This document shows positions 18,843 through 29,318 of a stretch of 64,000 nucleotides of DNA, piece by piece (position 1 is the stretch's first letter; every line of letters begins with the position of its first letter). The translations under genes and the position numbers were made by a program. Below the pieces are notes generated by a model, which was given only the letters and a program-made list of their open reading frames with translations, was not told where the DNA came from and did no database searches. The DNA comes from an uncultured cyanobacterium (GTDB lineage: Bacteria; Cyanobacteriota; Cyanobacteriia; Phormidesmidales; Phormidesmidaceae), in the NCBI GenBank assembly GCA_963793265.1, contig CAWBZI010000007.1, positions 406,652-470,651 of the forward strand. Reading direction: 5' to 3'.

Positions 18843-21285
18843 TCATACTATCGGCATGACGCGATCGCGACCCGCTGCTTTAGCTTTATATAACGCTTGG
18901 TCAGCACTTTGATACAGGCTCTGCAAATCCATGGCATCGTGAGGGTAAACGGCTACGCCCGCACTGAAGCTAACTTTGAATGTCAACGGCTCTACAGTGG
19001 CGGTATTGATAGCGCCTGTCTCAAATTGCTCTGTTCGCCATGCCTGCAAGAACTGACGCAGCCGGTGAACTCCCTCCTGGCGACCAACGCCATAGAGACC
19101 GACGTATAAATTCTTCTCCGCCCCAGCGGGCTACCACATCTTCATTGCGAAACGTCGATTTCAGGCGGTCACCAAAGCGCTTAAGCACCTGATCGCCCTT
19201 TGGATGGCCGTACTTATCGTTGATCTCTTTAAAGTTGTCCAGATCGATCGCTGCAAAGCAGAGCGTTTGACCTTGCCGCTGAGCCAACCCCAGTAATCGA
19301 TTCAACGACTGGGTGGACTTACGCCGGTTGGCAACGCCCGTAAGACTATCGACATCGGCCATGAGCTTGCGATCGCGCGATCGCGCCAACCAGCCCAGCA
19401 CCCGTGCCACCAGCTCAGGCGCTACAATCGGTTTACGAATATAGTCATCAGCGCCCACCGAAAACACCTGCTGAATCGTATCGGCATCGGTATAGCCCGA
19501 CATAAACAAAACGGGCAGCTCGCACCAACGGGGCGCATTGCGCACGACCTGGCACAAGTCAAATCCACTGATTCCAGGCATTCTGACATCCAGCAAAACT
19601 AAATCAGGCTCAAAGCTTTCTAACGTTTGCCAAAATGAGCGTGGGTCGCTCAATAGCCGTAGCTCAAATCCCCAGGGCTGCAACAAACTCTGGAGCAGCG
19701 TTAGCATCGCTGGCTCGTCATCTACAATCAGCAGCTTGGCGGTAGGCTCAACTCCTCTTCGGAGTACTCGCGCTGCTGTTTCAAGCAAATCGCTCGGCGT
19801 CACTGGCATCTGAAGCAATCCATCAACGCCCATGCGAGCGACCCTAACCCGATTCTCAAAACTAGCCGCTGCTGTCAGCACAATATTTGGAATAGGCGGC
19901 TGAGTAGCCTGCATCTCAGCTAGCAGCTTAAACTCGTCGCTGTCATTATCTGGCAGCTCAAGAGAGCCATCAAAATCAAAGACAACAATATGAGGCGGTT
20001 GAGCAGAAGCAGAAATCGAAAATATAGCGTTTCTGGCCTGCGCAATGGAATCTACGATAGAAATTTGCGTTTGGTAGCGTCCAGCCATTTCCTGTAGAGT
20101 TTCCAGCCACTCCCGATCGGTTTCGCCCGATTTTTCTACCATCAGCAGATGAAAGTGCTGTCCTGGTAGTAGTTCTATTGGCATCGGAAACGATCTGGGG
20201 TCGGACGGAACTACAGATGTAGAGACAGGTGGAGCAGGTGTAGAAGTATCTACAATTCCTTGTTCTAGCGATCGCTGTATTTGTGTGATGGCCGTCTCTA
20301 GCTGGCTGATATGATCTGCACTCAGGTAGGCATTGGCGCGAAGGAGTTGCTCTATGTCTCGACAGCGGGCAGTTGCAGACTTAAAGCCAAAGCTACCTAG
20401 CGACCCAGCTAGAGAATGCGCTTCGGTGAGTATCTCTTGCTTAACAGATCTATCGAGGAGTCCTGGTTGTAACCCACGCAGCGTATTGGTAACGTTATCC
20501 ACCCGCTGAATGTAGCTTTGACTGACGCTTTGCCAGAGCGCTGCTATATCCAATGAGCCTGTGACGTTCTCTACTTCTGGCGTAGAATCAGGCAACTGTG
20601 GAGCTGCTTGGCTTGTGTCGGTATTAAGCCGATAGCCCAATCCATAGACCGTTGTAATAGTATCTGTTAGCCCTGCTTTTTTGAGCTTTTGGCGCAGCCC
20701 TTTAATATGCGTTCGGACAGAACCCACATTAGGCGTATCGTCGTAGGCCCACACCTTATCGAGCAGATTGTCTAGACTGAAAATTCGGCTAGGATTGCGT
20801 AAAAATAATTCTAAAAGCGCGTATTCCTTAGGCGTAACGGAAATGGGTAGATTGCGACAGCTCACCTCACCGCTGCGCGGATCGAGGCACAGATCGCCCC
20901 ACTGTAATACAGGTGAAGCTAGCCCTTCCGCCCGACGCAGCAAAGCGCGAATACGGGCCAGCAGCTCTTCAAACTCAAAAGGCTTTACTAAGTAATCGTC
21001 AGCGCCAGCATCTAAACCAGCAACTTTGTCACTACTGGCATTGCGGGCAGTCATCAAAATGACAGGCGTGTAATTGCCTTCGTTTCTAAGGTGTCTGCAT
21101 AGCTCTATGCCATTGAGCTTGGGTAGCATCCAGTCCAGCAGGATAAAATCGTAGGGAAAGGCTTCGGCCATGTCTCTGCCCGTGACACCATCTGTTGCCA
21201 AATCCATGACGTAGTGGTGCTCGCTCAGTAGCTGTTCTATCGCGCCTGCTAAAGCCTGATCGTCTTCTACTAGCAGAAATTTCAT
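18843..21285 (-). CDS. Multidomain response regulator REC-OmpR wHTH-Hpt-REC-REC-GGDEF, frameshifted in the GGDEF domain
   Basis: REC (LLDWMLP), wHTH (VRTHIKGLRQKL, TVYGLGYRL), Hpt (AHSLAGSLGSFG), REC (LLDVRMP), GGEEF; one extra base near 19105, after which the domain continues in another frame (VGLYG...FSAGVA...ADQALYKAK..GRDRV). Confidence 0.85.
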
Positions 21286-21428
21286 GCAAGCCTGATGAAT
21301 TCGTTCTGTGAATATTATCTCAGGCTAAGTATTACGAGCGTGCTGACAGCGATGATTGTTTACCTCTCATTTTGGTGGCTTATTCGCATTTTAATACCTG
21401 TCTTATCAAGGTTTATTTCTCTAGATAT

Positions 21429-22046
21429 TTACAGAGACTCATTGAAGAAAGTTAGCTCCACGCCGATACCAGCAGGATCAGTGACGAATAGCTGCGTTTG
21501 GCAAATATCTGGTAGCTGAATGAGGCGATAGGGCGTCTGGGTGGCGATCATTTTTGCGATCGCCCGTTTAAGCCCTACGCACCCTAGCGAAATATGATTG
21601 AAGTGCCCTTTTTGCGAGCTGGGTAAAGCTGCTATGCCTGGTCGCACGCTTAGATGCACAATGGGTGTGCGTCCGGCATATAGCCAGTAGCCATCGTTTG
21701 CTAAATGTGCCCTGGGGCCAAGTTTTAGCCCGATAACGGCTGTATAGAAGTGCTTCACTTGCTCGATTAGCTCACTATGGGCAGTGATATTAAAGTGGTT
21801 AAGACCACAAACGCTCATGTGGTCTGTCGCTGACGACTGGCAGCTAGGCCCGCTTAAGTTAAACTCACTCAAGCTGAACTTGCTTGAGTTAAACTCGCTT
21901 GAATCGGGCCGTGCTGCTAGTTGCTCAGTTGCTTTTAATAGCGGTATTTTATCAGTTGATTCTCGATACGGCAGTTCCTGATTGGTTTTTCCAAATGCCA
22001 GCGCTAGATCTGTTCCAATGGTCTTTGCAAGGACAACTTTAGTCAT
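21429..22046 (-). CDS. VOC/glyoxalase-family protein with N-terminal extension
   Basis: LNHFNI, FYTAVIGL, GYWLY, NHISL, QLFVTDPAGIGVEL; GGAGG RBS. Confidence 0.75.
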   Translation of the reverse strand: MTKVVLAKTIGTDLALAFGKTNQELPYRESTDKIPLLKATEQLAARPDSSEFNSSKFSLSEFNLSGPSCQSSATDHMSVCGLNHFNITAHSELIEQVKHFYTAVIGLKLGPRAHLANDGYWLYAGRTPIVHLSVRPGIAALPSSQKGHFNHISLGCVGLKRAIAKMIATQTPYRLIQLPDICQTQLFVTDPAGIGVELTFFNESL

Positions 22047-22160
22047 GACACCTCCTCCAAGACTACAGAACCAGCGGGTTATCCCACCTACTCTATAGCT
22101 CCAAACATCTGAACCTTTGAAGAACGTAATGTTGTTTTATATGCTGCTGTTTATAGGTTT

Positions 22161-22193
22161 ACCTTAAAGAATAAATGTGAGGAAGTTATGCGC
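22161..22193 (-). promoter_or_regulatory. Direct-repeat promoter motif A upstream of the VOC gene
   Basis: Minus strand GCGCA-N6-CCTCA-N11-TAAGGT (first repeat degenerate). Confidence 0.5.
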
Positions 22194-22284
22194 TTTTATA
22201 CGAATTTATCGTGCTTATAGCTTCTTTAACTTAATGGGCCATTGAGTGAGGGAGCAGTACTCACGTTAATCGATCCGTTGAGTC

Positions 22285-24798
22285 CTAGTGAAGTGCAGCA
22301 TAGATAGCCTGTAATAAGGATTCGGAAGAGAAGGGCTTCTGCAAAAAACCTTTTACACTGTCGCTGGCAGAGGCTGCAACGTCTGCGTTTCCTGGCAATC
22401 CACTAATTAATACCGCTTTGAGCTGAGGATCTATCTTTTGCATAACGCGAGCTGCCGACACGCCATCTAGCTCAGGCATTGCCATATCCATGACGACCAA
22501 ATCAATAATTTCTTTGTGCTCTGTGTATTGAGCGATCGCATCAATCCCATCACTCGCATCTAGCACCTTGTAGCAGTGAGTTTCGAGTATGCTGCGAACA
22601 ATCACCCGAATCGCAGGTTCATCGTCTACAACCAGTACACACTCTCCTTTACCCACCGGCAAGAACTCTGTTTCTGTCGTCGTTCCTGCTGTAGATTCTA
22701 AAGCAGGCAGGTAGATCTTAAACTGGGTGCCCTTGCCAACTTCGCTAGCTACGCTAATAAAACCGCCGTGACTTTTGACGATGCTATGAACAGTGGAAAG
22801 CCCTAAGCCAGTACCGCCCTGCTCCTGCTTGGTGGTGAAAAAGGGTTCAAAAATGCGATCGCACAGACCGCTCGCAATGCCCTCACCCGTATCGGCAACT
22901 GTCACTAAAATGTAGGGGCCTGTATGTGCTTCTATATGGCTATCTACAAACGCCTGATCGAGTGATAGGTTTACTGCCGATACGCTCAAAGTTCCGCCAT
23001 CAGGCATGGCGTCTCGGGCATTGACAAACAAATTCATAAACACCTGATGTAGCTGGGTTGGATCGCCGCTTACAGACCACAGCGAATGAGGAATATCAAC
23101 AGAGATATCAATCGACTTTGGAAAGGTTTTATGAACAAAACTCCTAATTTCTCTAATCAAATGCTTGACCTGTAGCGGATTGCGACTGCCTTCTGCCCCT
23201 CTGGCAAACGAGAGCATTTGCCCAATAATTTCAGAGCCGCGCTTAGCACTATCTTGTAGAATCTCAAATTGCTGTTTTAGCTGCTTGTTTGCAGTCGGTA
23301 GCTGCATAGGCAGTAGCTCCGCAACTCCGTATATCGGCGTCAAAATGTTATTGAGATCGTGGGCAATGCCGCTAGCTAGGGTGCCAATACTTTCTAACCG
23401 TTGCGCTCTTAGGAACTGCGCCTGAAGCTGTTTTGCCTGGGTGATATCAGTGTTCACCGTCAAAATAGAAGCTGGGCGATCGCGCTTATCTCTAAGCAGC
23501 GTCCACCGGCTCATCACAGTGATACTCTGGCCCGTTCGAGTGAACTGCTGGCATTCACCTTGCCAGCGCCCTTTGTCGAGCAAACTTTGCATCGCTTCGG
23601 TCGGCTCATGGAGTTCATCTAAAGACAGCAGTTCTTCTGCATCTCGCCCTAGTGCCTCCTGCTCGCTCCAGCCATACAGCACCGCTGCGCCCTTGTTCCA
23701 AAACAGTATCCGATTATCCGTGCCGCGCACGAAAATAGCTTCTGTGGCGACATCTAGCAGTGCTGCCTGCTCATGTACTTTTTGCTGTGCGAGCTTGCGA
23801 TCGGTAATGTCTATAATCAATCCGTCAATGTAAGCGGACTGATCGCCTGTGGCTAAAACCGGCTGTCCTTTCTCCCAAAAGTATCGAATGCTGCCCGCTT
23901 TGTTTCTAATTCGATACTCAGCTTGAAAGGGTTGATGCTTTGCAATCGACTCCTTTATCACGGTCTGCACATGATTCCGGTCTTCTAGCAAAATAAGCGA
24001 CTCGATAGAACAGACGCCATCTATCAATAGCTCGGTGGGCTCAAACCCGGTCAGTGATTTGCACTGACTGTTGAGAAAAACCGTGTGATTGTGATTGTCA
24101 TAAAACAGCCGATAGACGATTCCCGGCATATTTTCAGTCAGCGTGCGATATTCTAGCTCGCTTTGCTTAAGGACTTGAATAGAGTGCATCCGTTCAACCG
24201 TTTGCGCGATCAAAGTGGCAATAGACTGAATAAAATCAACGTCATGGCTGTTGAATAAGCGTTCTTGAATAGAATGAATCTCCAAAACGCCATAGGGATT
24301 AGAATAGCTGCCAATGGTAACACTCAGGCCGCTGGTAACGTCGCCCTCTCCCAATAGAGAAAGTTCGTTAAAGCGAGTCTCGGTGCTAAAGTTCTTGATC
24401 GCGATTGGATACTCATGGCTCAGCGTGTAGCCCGCTTGAGTATTTTCGTTTGTACTAATTACAGCCTGACCTACTAGCGCTAGGGGCCATCCAAATCCGG
24501 CTTTCAGTAATAGCGTTTCGCTACCAGGCAGCAATTCTAAGATTTTGCAATAGTCTATGTCTAGCGTCTGAGCAATCGCGCACGCCACCTTATTCATAAA
24601 CCGGCTAAGGTCATCAGCGGCCAGTGCGAGCTGTCCTAGCTCAGCAATCGTTCCCTGCTGCTCTACTCTCGCTTGCAAGGACTTTTCTATTTGTTTGCAC
24701 TCGGACGTACTTTGATCGAGCTTGCAGGTTACTGGCTGAGAGGAGGTTTGATCTGAGCCTATGTGATCGGCAGAGTCTATGGATTGTAGGATGCTCAT
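22285..24798 (-). CDS. Hybrid sensor kinase GAF-PAS-PAS-HisKA-HATPase-REC
   Basis: GIAHDLNNIL, NARDAMP.GG, GTGLGL, C-terminal receiver (VVDDE, MDMAMP). Confidence 0.9.
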   Translation of the reverse strand: MSILQSIDSADHIGSDQTSSQPVTCKLDQSTSECKQIEKSLQARVEQQGTIAELGQLALAADDLSRFMNKVACAIAQTLDIDYCKILELLPGSETLLLKAGFGWPLALVGQAVISTNENTQAGYTLSHEYPIAIKNFSTETRFNELSLLGEGDVTSGLSVTIGSYSNPYGVLEIHSIQERLFNSHDVDFIQSIATLIAQTVERMHSIQVLKQSELEYRTLTENMPGIVYRLFYDNHNHTVFLNSQCKSLTGFEPTELLIDGVCSIESLILLEDRNHVQTVIKESIAKHQPFQAEYRIRNKAGSIRYFWEKGQPVLATGDQSAYIDGLIIDITDRKLAQQKVHEQAALLDVATEAIFVRGTDNRILFWNKGAAVLYGWSEQEALGRDAEELLSLDELHEPTEAMQSLLDKGRWQGECQQFTRTGQSITVMSRWTLLRDKRDRPASILTVNTDITQAKQLQAQFLRAQRLESIGTLASGIAHDLNNILTPIYGVAELLPMQLPTANKQLKQQFEILQDSAKRGSEIIGQMLSFARGAEGSRNPLQVKHLIREIRSFVHKTFPKSIDISVDIPHSLWSVSGDPTQLHQVFMNLFVNARDAMPDGGTLSVSAVNLSLDQAFVDSHIEAHTGPYILVTVADTGEGIASGLCDRIFEPFFTTKQEQGGTGLGLSTVHSIVKSHGGFISVASEVGKGTQFKIYLPALESTAGTTTETEFLPVGKGECVLVVDDEPAIRVIVRSILETHCYKVLDASDGIDAIAQYTEHKEIIDLVVMDMAMPELDGVSAARVMQKIDPQLKAVLISGLPGNADVAASASDSVKGFLQKPFSSESLLQAIYAALH

Positions 24799-24890
24799 AA
24801 GTTTGAGTCAGTACGCAAAAAATGCGGTTCTAGATCGAAGATCTGTCGAAATAGCATAGCAATCACCTTTATAAAAGTATCTATGCCATT

Positions 24891-24923
24891 AGAGTACAAA
24901 GACAGTTTGAGGAAATTGTGAGT
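24891..24923 (-). promoter_or_regulatory. Direct-repeat promoter motif A upstream of the hybrid kinase
   Basis: Minus strand ACTCA-N6-CCTCA-N11-TACTCT. Confidence 0.6.
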
Positions 24924-24974
24924 ACGCGCTTTAACGGTAAAGGCAATCTCTCAAGGGGTTTTCAATTGCGATCG

Positions 24975-25007
24975 CTTCATAGTTTCCTCACAACTGACTC
25001 CCATAAT
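24975..25007 (+). promoter_or_regulatory. Direct-repeat promoter motif A upstream of glgX
   Basis: CTTCA-N6-CCTCA-N11-CATAAT. Confidence 0.6.
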
Positions 25008-25284
25008 AGCGAGGTAGGCAAAAATAGAATGCTATTGAGAAAGGTCGCTCCCTTGCATGATATGCGCTGGATTTTCCTGCAAAGCCCTAATGTGTGTTAG
25101 TGAGAGGAGTTATTATGCTTGTGTTAGCATCTCCGACTAAAAAACATTTTATCTGATGTTATCCCGTGCTCCCATCTGGCAAAAAGCTGCGATATCCGAA
25201 AGCGTCTCTCTAAAATTGTTCAGCAGGTTGCCTAGCTGATAAAAGCGTCGCGTTCAAGGTCTGTGGGCCTTGTTCATATAAACC

Positions 25285-27417
25285 ATGATTTCTAACAAAG
25301 AGCCTTTTATCCAACCTGGTAATAGCTTTCCTTTAGGGGCTACTGTACAAAATCATGGCATTAACTTTTGTCTTTATGCCCCAGATGCGATCGCTGTAGA
25401 ACTTCTCCTTTTTAGCTCTCCTAATGCTCCTCAGCCGCAGACTATTCTTCAGCTCAATCCGCAAAAAAACAAAACTGCTCACTACTGGCATATATTCGTT
25501 GACAATCTCTCTTCAGGACAAGTCTACGCTTACAGAGTAGATGGGTCTTACGATCCATGCGCTGGGCTGCGGTTCAATCGGAATAAAGTCCTGCTCGATC
25601 CCTATGCCCGCAGCGTGACGGGCTGGGATATCTATTCTCGTAAAGCAGCAAGCGATCGCCATGATAACTGCGCTCAAGCCCTGAGAAGTGTCGCAATTGA
25701 TTTGACTCCTTACGATTGGGAAGGCGATATTCACCCCAAAGTTCCTTATGCAGCAACCGTTATCTACGAGCTGCACGTAGGCGGGTTTACTCAGCGAGAA
25801 AATTCTGGCCTGCCCGTTGAAAAGAGAGGAACTTATGCGGGACTTATAGAAAAGATTCCGTACCTGAAGGCGCTGGGCGTTACAGCCGTAGAGCTAATGC
25901 CTATACAACAGTTTGACCCTGGCGATGCTCCCGCAGGGTTAACTAATTACTGGGGCTATAGTCCAATCGCTTTTTTCGCACCGCATCAGGCTTACAGCTC
26001 TTGCAAGGATAGTTTGGGGCCAGTCGATGAGTTTCGCAATATGGTCAAAGCTTTGCACCGCGAAGGGATTGAAGTAATTTTGGATGTCGTGTTCAATCAC
26101 ACTGCTGAGGGCGATTGTGAAGGGCCAACGCTGTCGTTTCGAGGACTGGCAAATGGAGACTATTACATTCTTGATAAGGACAAAACCTATTACAAAAACT
26201 ACAGCGGCTGTGGCAATACGGTGAAGACCTCTGCAATCAGCGGCTACCTGATCTTTGACTGTCTGCGCTACTGGGTTTCTGAAATGCATGTTGATGGATT
26301 CCGGTTTGATTTAGCTTCGGTGCTCTCACGCGATGTAACGGGCGAACCCACGGAAAATCCGCCTATCTTATGGATGATTAATACCGATCCGGTGCTGGCA
26401 GGCACTAAAATTATTGCTGAGGCGTGGGATGCCGCAGGACTGTACCAGTTTGGCAGCTTTGCGGGCGATCGCTTCTCCGAATGGAACGGGCCTTATCGAG
26501 ATGAGGTAAGGCGGTTTGTTAAAGGCGATCGCAACATGGTAAAAGCGGTTGCCCATCGAATTGCCGGTAGCCCCGATCTGTATCCTCACCTCAAGCGAGG
26601 GCCGAACTACAGCATTCATTTTGTTACCTGTCACGATGGGTTCACGCTAAATGACTTGGTGAGCTACAACGAGAAACATAATCAGGCTAATGCAGAAGAC
26701 AATCGGGATGGAGCTAGCGAGAACTGGAGCTGGAACTGCGGGGTCGAAGGGCTGACTGATAATGCGGAAATTCAGGCGCTGCGAGTGCAGCAGGCAAAAA
26801 ACGCGCTGGTGATATGGGCGATCTCACAGGGAACGCCTATGTTGCTGATGGGGGATGAGGTATTGCGATCGCAGCAGGGAAACAATAACGCCTATTGTCA
26901 AAACAACGAGCTAAGCTGGTTCGACTGGAGCTGGCGCGATGACCAAAAAGATTTCCGCCGCTTCACCCAGCAGCTCATAAAATTTGTTCAATCACTCTAC
27001 ATACTCAAGCACGACCATCCGCTCATCGTGACCCCTCAACCCATTCTAGAACCGGCAATTACCTGGCACGGCACTCAGCTCGGCCAGCCCGACTGGAAAG
27101 ACAATTCTCACAGTTTGGCTTTTACCCTACGCTACGGGCAGCACGAAGAACGCCTTCACGGGCTACTTAATATGTTTTGGGAGCCACTTACATTTGAGCT
27201 GCCACCGCTCGAACGCGGACAATACTGGCGTCGCATTATTAACACGGCTTTACCGTCCCCACAAGATATCTCTTCTGTAGAAAGCGCACCCTGCACGAAT
27301 CAGCCCTTTTATAGGGTTGAAGCTCGTTCCACAGTAGTCCTTATGGCAATTAGAGAAAGTGTTCCAATTTCTGCCTCTAGTACAGAATTAACGACAATCA
27401 GTGAGTATGCACTATAG
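25285..27417 (+). CDS. glgX: Glycogen debranching enzyme (GH13 isoamylase)
   Basis: NYWGY, DVVFNHT, DGFRFDLAS, IAEAWD, VTCHDGFTL, GNNNAYCQ. Confidence 0.95.
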   Translation: MISNKEPFIQPGNSFPLGATVQNHGINFCLYAPDAIAVELLLFSSPNAPQPQTILQLNPQKNKTAHYWHIFVDNLSSGQVYAYRVDGSYDPCAGLRFNRNKVLLDPYARSVTGWDIYSRKAASDRHDNCAQALRSVAIDLTPYDWEGDIHPKVPYAATVIYELHVGGFTQRENSGLPVEKRGTYAGLIEKIPYLKALGVTAVELMPIQQFDPGDAPAGLTNYWGYSPIAFFAPHQAYSSCKDSLGPVDEFRNMVKALHREGIEVILDVVFNHTAEGDCEGPTLSFRGLANGDYYILDKDKTYYKNYSGCGNTVKTSAISGYLIFDCLRYWVSEMHVDGFRFDLASVLSRDVTGEPTENPPILWMINTDPVLAGTKIIAEAWDAAGLYQFGSFAGDRFSEWNGPYRDEVRRFVKGDRNMVKAVAHRIAGSPDLYPHLKRGPNYSIHFVTCHDGFTLNDLVSYNEKHNQANAEDNRDGASENWSWNCGVEGLTDNAEIQALRVQQAKNALVIWAISQGTPMLLMGDEVLRSQQGNNNAYCQNNELSWFDWSWRDDQKDFRRFTQQLIKFVQSLYILKHDHPLIVTPQPILEPAITWHGTQLGQPDWKDNSHSLAFTLRYGQHEERLHGLLNMFWEPLTFELPPLERGQYWRRIINTALPSPQDISSVESAPCTNQPFYRVEARSTVVLMAIRESVPISASSTELTTISEYAL

Positions 27418-27426
27418 CCGCCTTAA

Positions 27427-27588
27427 GGGAGCTGCGCTCAAATAAAGTACCGGCAAACCGACAAATATTGCCCTGGGCATAGCGTGCTAAGCCCCTACGT
27501 CACCGTCAATTTCTGTAGGGGCTTAGCACTGCTATGCCCGAGGCAATGAACAGCGCTATCAGCGGTACTTTATTTAGACGCATGTCCC
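27427..27588. mobile_element. MITE-like palindromic element, copy 2 (162 bp, inverted relative to copy 1)
   Basis: Reverse complement of 16080-16242 with one substitution and one 1-bp indel seen; flanked by TAA on both sides. Confidence 0.85.
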
Positions 27589-27932
27589 TAAGCTCAATTA
27601 CAATCTTCGTAGAAAATAATAGTTTTCTCAATCGACTAGGTGCAGATGCAGTTTCTTAGAACACTCTTGTTGCCCGTAGGCTATTGCCAGTCAGTCACAA
27701 ACCTGATCGAGCTGAGTGAGCGTCAGCAGTTTCATCAGCATATAGCTGAATTATGTAGACTTTATGTGTTGGCCCATGCTGAAACAAACAAGCTTCAACC
27801 TATGCTTCTTAATCTCCTAAATGCTGAACAAAAGTCATGCGTGCCAAGCATAGTTGTGTCAGAATATAGATAAGACAAATTTCAAATGCCAGCGTTCCCT
27901 TCATTAAAACGCTGGCTGAAGGGAGGTCACGA

Positions 27933-28595
27933 ATGAGATACATCACGAAGCCTGTAGTGCTGCACCATACAACACAATCGACGCACCAGCGCAAACTCAA
28001 AAAAAGAAGGTACTTTCCAACTATGGTAGTTACTGCGGTGGCAATGATAGCGACATCAGCCATGGCAGAAGCTCCTATTGAGGAGTCTACCTTCACGCCT
28101 CAAAGCAGCCTCTCACAAGTTATTCTTAGCCAAGAAGCTACCCGTCAAAACAACATACGTCAGCTAATTCTACTCAATGAATGTATGGGCTGCGATCTAG
28201 CAGGTGTCACCCTAACGGAAGCTCACCTCATTGGTGCTGACCTACGCCAAGCCAACCTTCGAGGTGCGAATCTCACAAACAGCAACCTAGAAGGTGCAGA
28301 TTTAGCCGGAGCTGACCTCACTGGAGCCAACCTTACCCGCGCCTTTTTAACTGATACCAGCCTGGCAAATACACAGCTAGACGGGGTTAACTTCAGCGGC
28401 GCTCATCTCTACTCTGTCGATGTGAGCGGAGCCTCAATGAACAACCTTAATCTAACAGGCGCACAGCTATTCAACACGCCTATCTACATCGGTGGCGAAG
28501 AAGACTCGCTGCCCAGTCAGCTAGAGCCAGTGAGTCCTACGGAAGAAGTCAATCCTATGGAGCACTACAATCCGCTGCTAGACTTTGCTCTGTAG
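27933..28595 (+). CDS. Pentapeptide-repeat protein, probably exported
   Basis: A(D/N)LxG repeats, ECMGCDL, hydrophobic signal-like segment; start uncertain. Confidence 0.85.
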   Translation: MRYITKPVVLHHTTQSTHQRKLKKRRYFPTMVVTAVAMIATSAMAEAPIEESTFTPQSSLSQVILSQEATRQNNIRQLILLNECMGCDLAGVTLTEAHLIGADLRQANLRGANLTNSNLEGADLAGADLTGANLTRAFLTDTSLANTQLDGVNFSGAHLYSVDVSGASMNNLNLTGAQLFNTPIYIGGEEDSLPSQLEPVSPTEEVNPMEHYNPLLDFAL

Positions 28596-28648
28596 CGTTG
28601 AATAGCATTTCGTATCACATCCGTACAATCTCCTCAGCCGACGAGCGA

Positions 28649-28681
28649 CCTCATAGAATCCTCATGTCTTCTTTCTAAGCT
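28649..28681 (+). promoter_or_regulatory. Direct-repeat promoter motif A upstream of the HoxW-like gene
   Basis: CCTCA-N6-CCTCA-N11-TAAGCT. Confidence 0.65.
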
Positions 28682-28722
28682 GAGAAAAGAAAGGCGCATC
28701 ACTTAAGGAGACTAAGGTAACA

Positions 28723-29289
28723 ATGATTTACTCATCCGTCGTTCAAGAACCTCAGCAAAAGATATCTCGGAATGTGGCTAAACAGATAGCGCGGCCTCAC
28801 TTCCTGGTTATTGGCTACGGTAATGGTGCAAAAGGCGACAACGCAGTCGGTATCCAAATTGCCAATCATATCTCCGCTTGGGAAGCCCCATTGGTTAAAT
28901 CTATGGCTGCTTATCAGCTCACGCCAGATCTCGTAAACAATCTTGCCTCTGTAGACTATGTGTTCTTTGTAAGGCCCTGTCGGAGATCGAGTCATGCTGG
29001 AACGCTACAGGTAGATCCTATTTTCGCGAGTGGTAAGCCACCGCAAACTGAACAATCAGCGGAGCGATCGCCCTCGGAATGCACTCATCCGTGCACGCCA
29101 ACCGCGCTACTGAACTTAGCTCAGCAGCTATACGGTCATTCGCCCCAAGCATGGCTTCTACAAATACCTACTGACAGCACCAACTGCAACCAAGCATTGT
29201 CTTCTACTGCTCAGAGAGGTTACGATCGCGCGCTTAGAACGATTGAGAAGTTTTTCATGACTTACCAGCAACCGGCTGAGATGATGTAG
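28723..29289 (+). CDS. Hydrogenase maturation protease-like protein (degenerate)
   Basis: LVIGYGN...GDNAVG, YQLTPDL, THPCTP.ALL.LAQQLYG..P.AWLL. Confidence 0.7.
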   Translation: MIYSSVVQEPQQKISRNVAKQIARPHFLVIGYGNGAKGDNAVGIQIANHISAWEAPLVKSMAAYQLTPDLVNNLASVDYVFFVRPCRRSSHAGTLQVDPIFASGKPPQTEQSAERSPSECTHPCTPTALLNLAQQLYGHSPQAWLLQIPTDSTNCNQALSSTAQRGYDRALRTIEKFFMTYQQPAEMM

Positions 29290-29318
29290 GCAACATTCGG
29301 TCAAGCGCGACCGAAGCG

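Noticed and set aside
16080..27588. Composite transposon bounded by the two MITE copies
   Set aside because: Each copy has its own TTA/TAA flank on both sides and motif A extends beyond both copies, so independent insertions are the simpler reading; no transposase is present
27640..28096. Short ORFs 27640-27873 (+) and 27809-28096 (-)
   Set aside because: No recognisable motifs; the second overlaps the pentapeptide gene antisense
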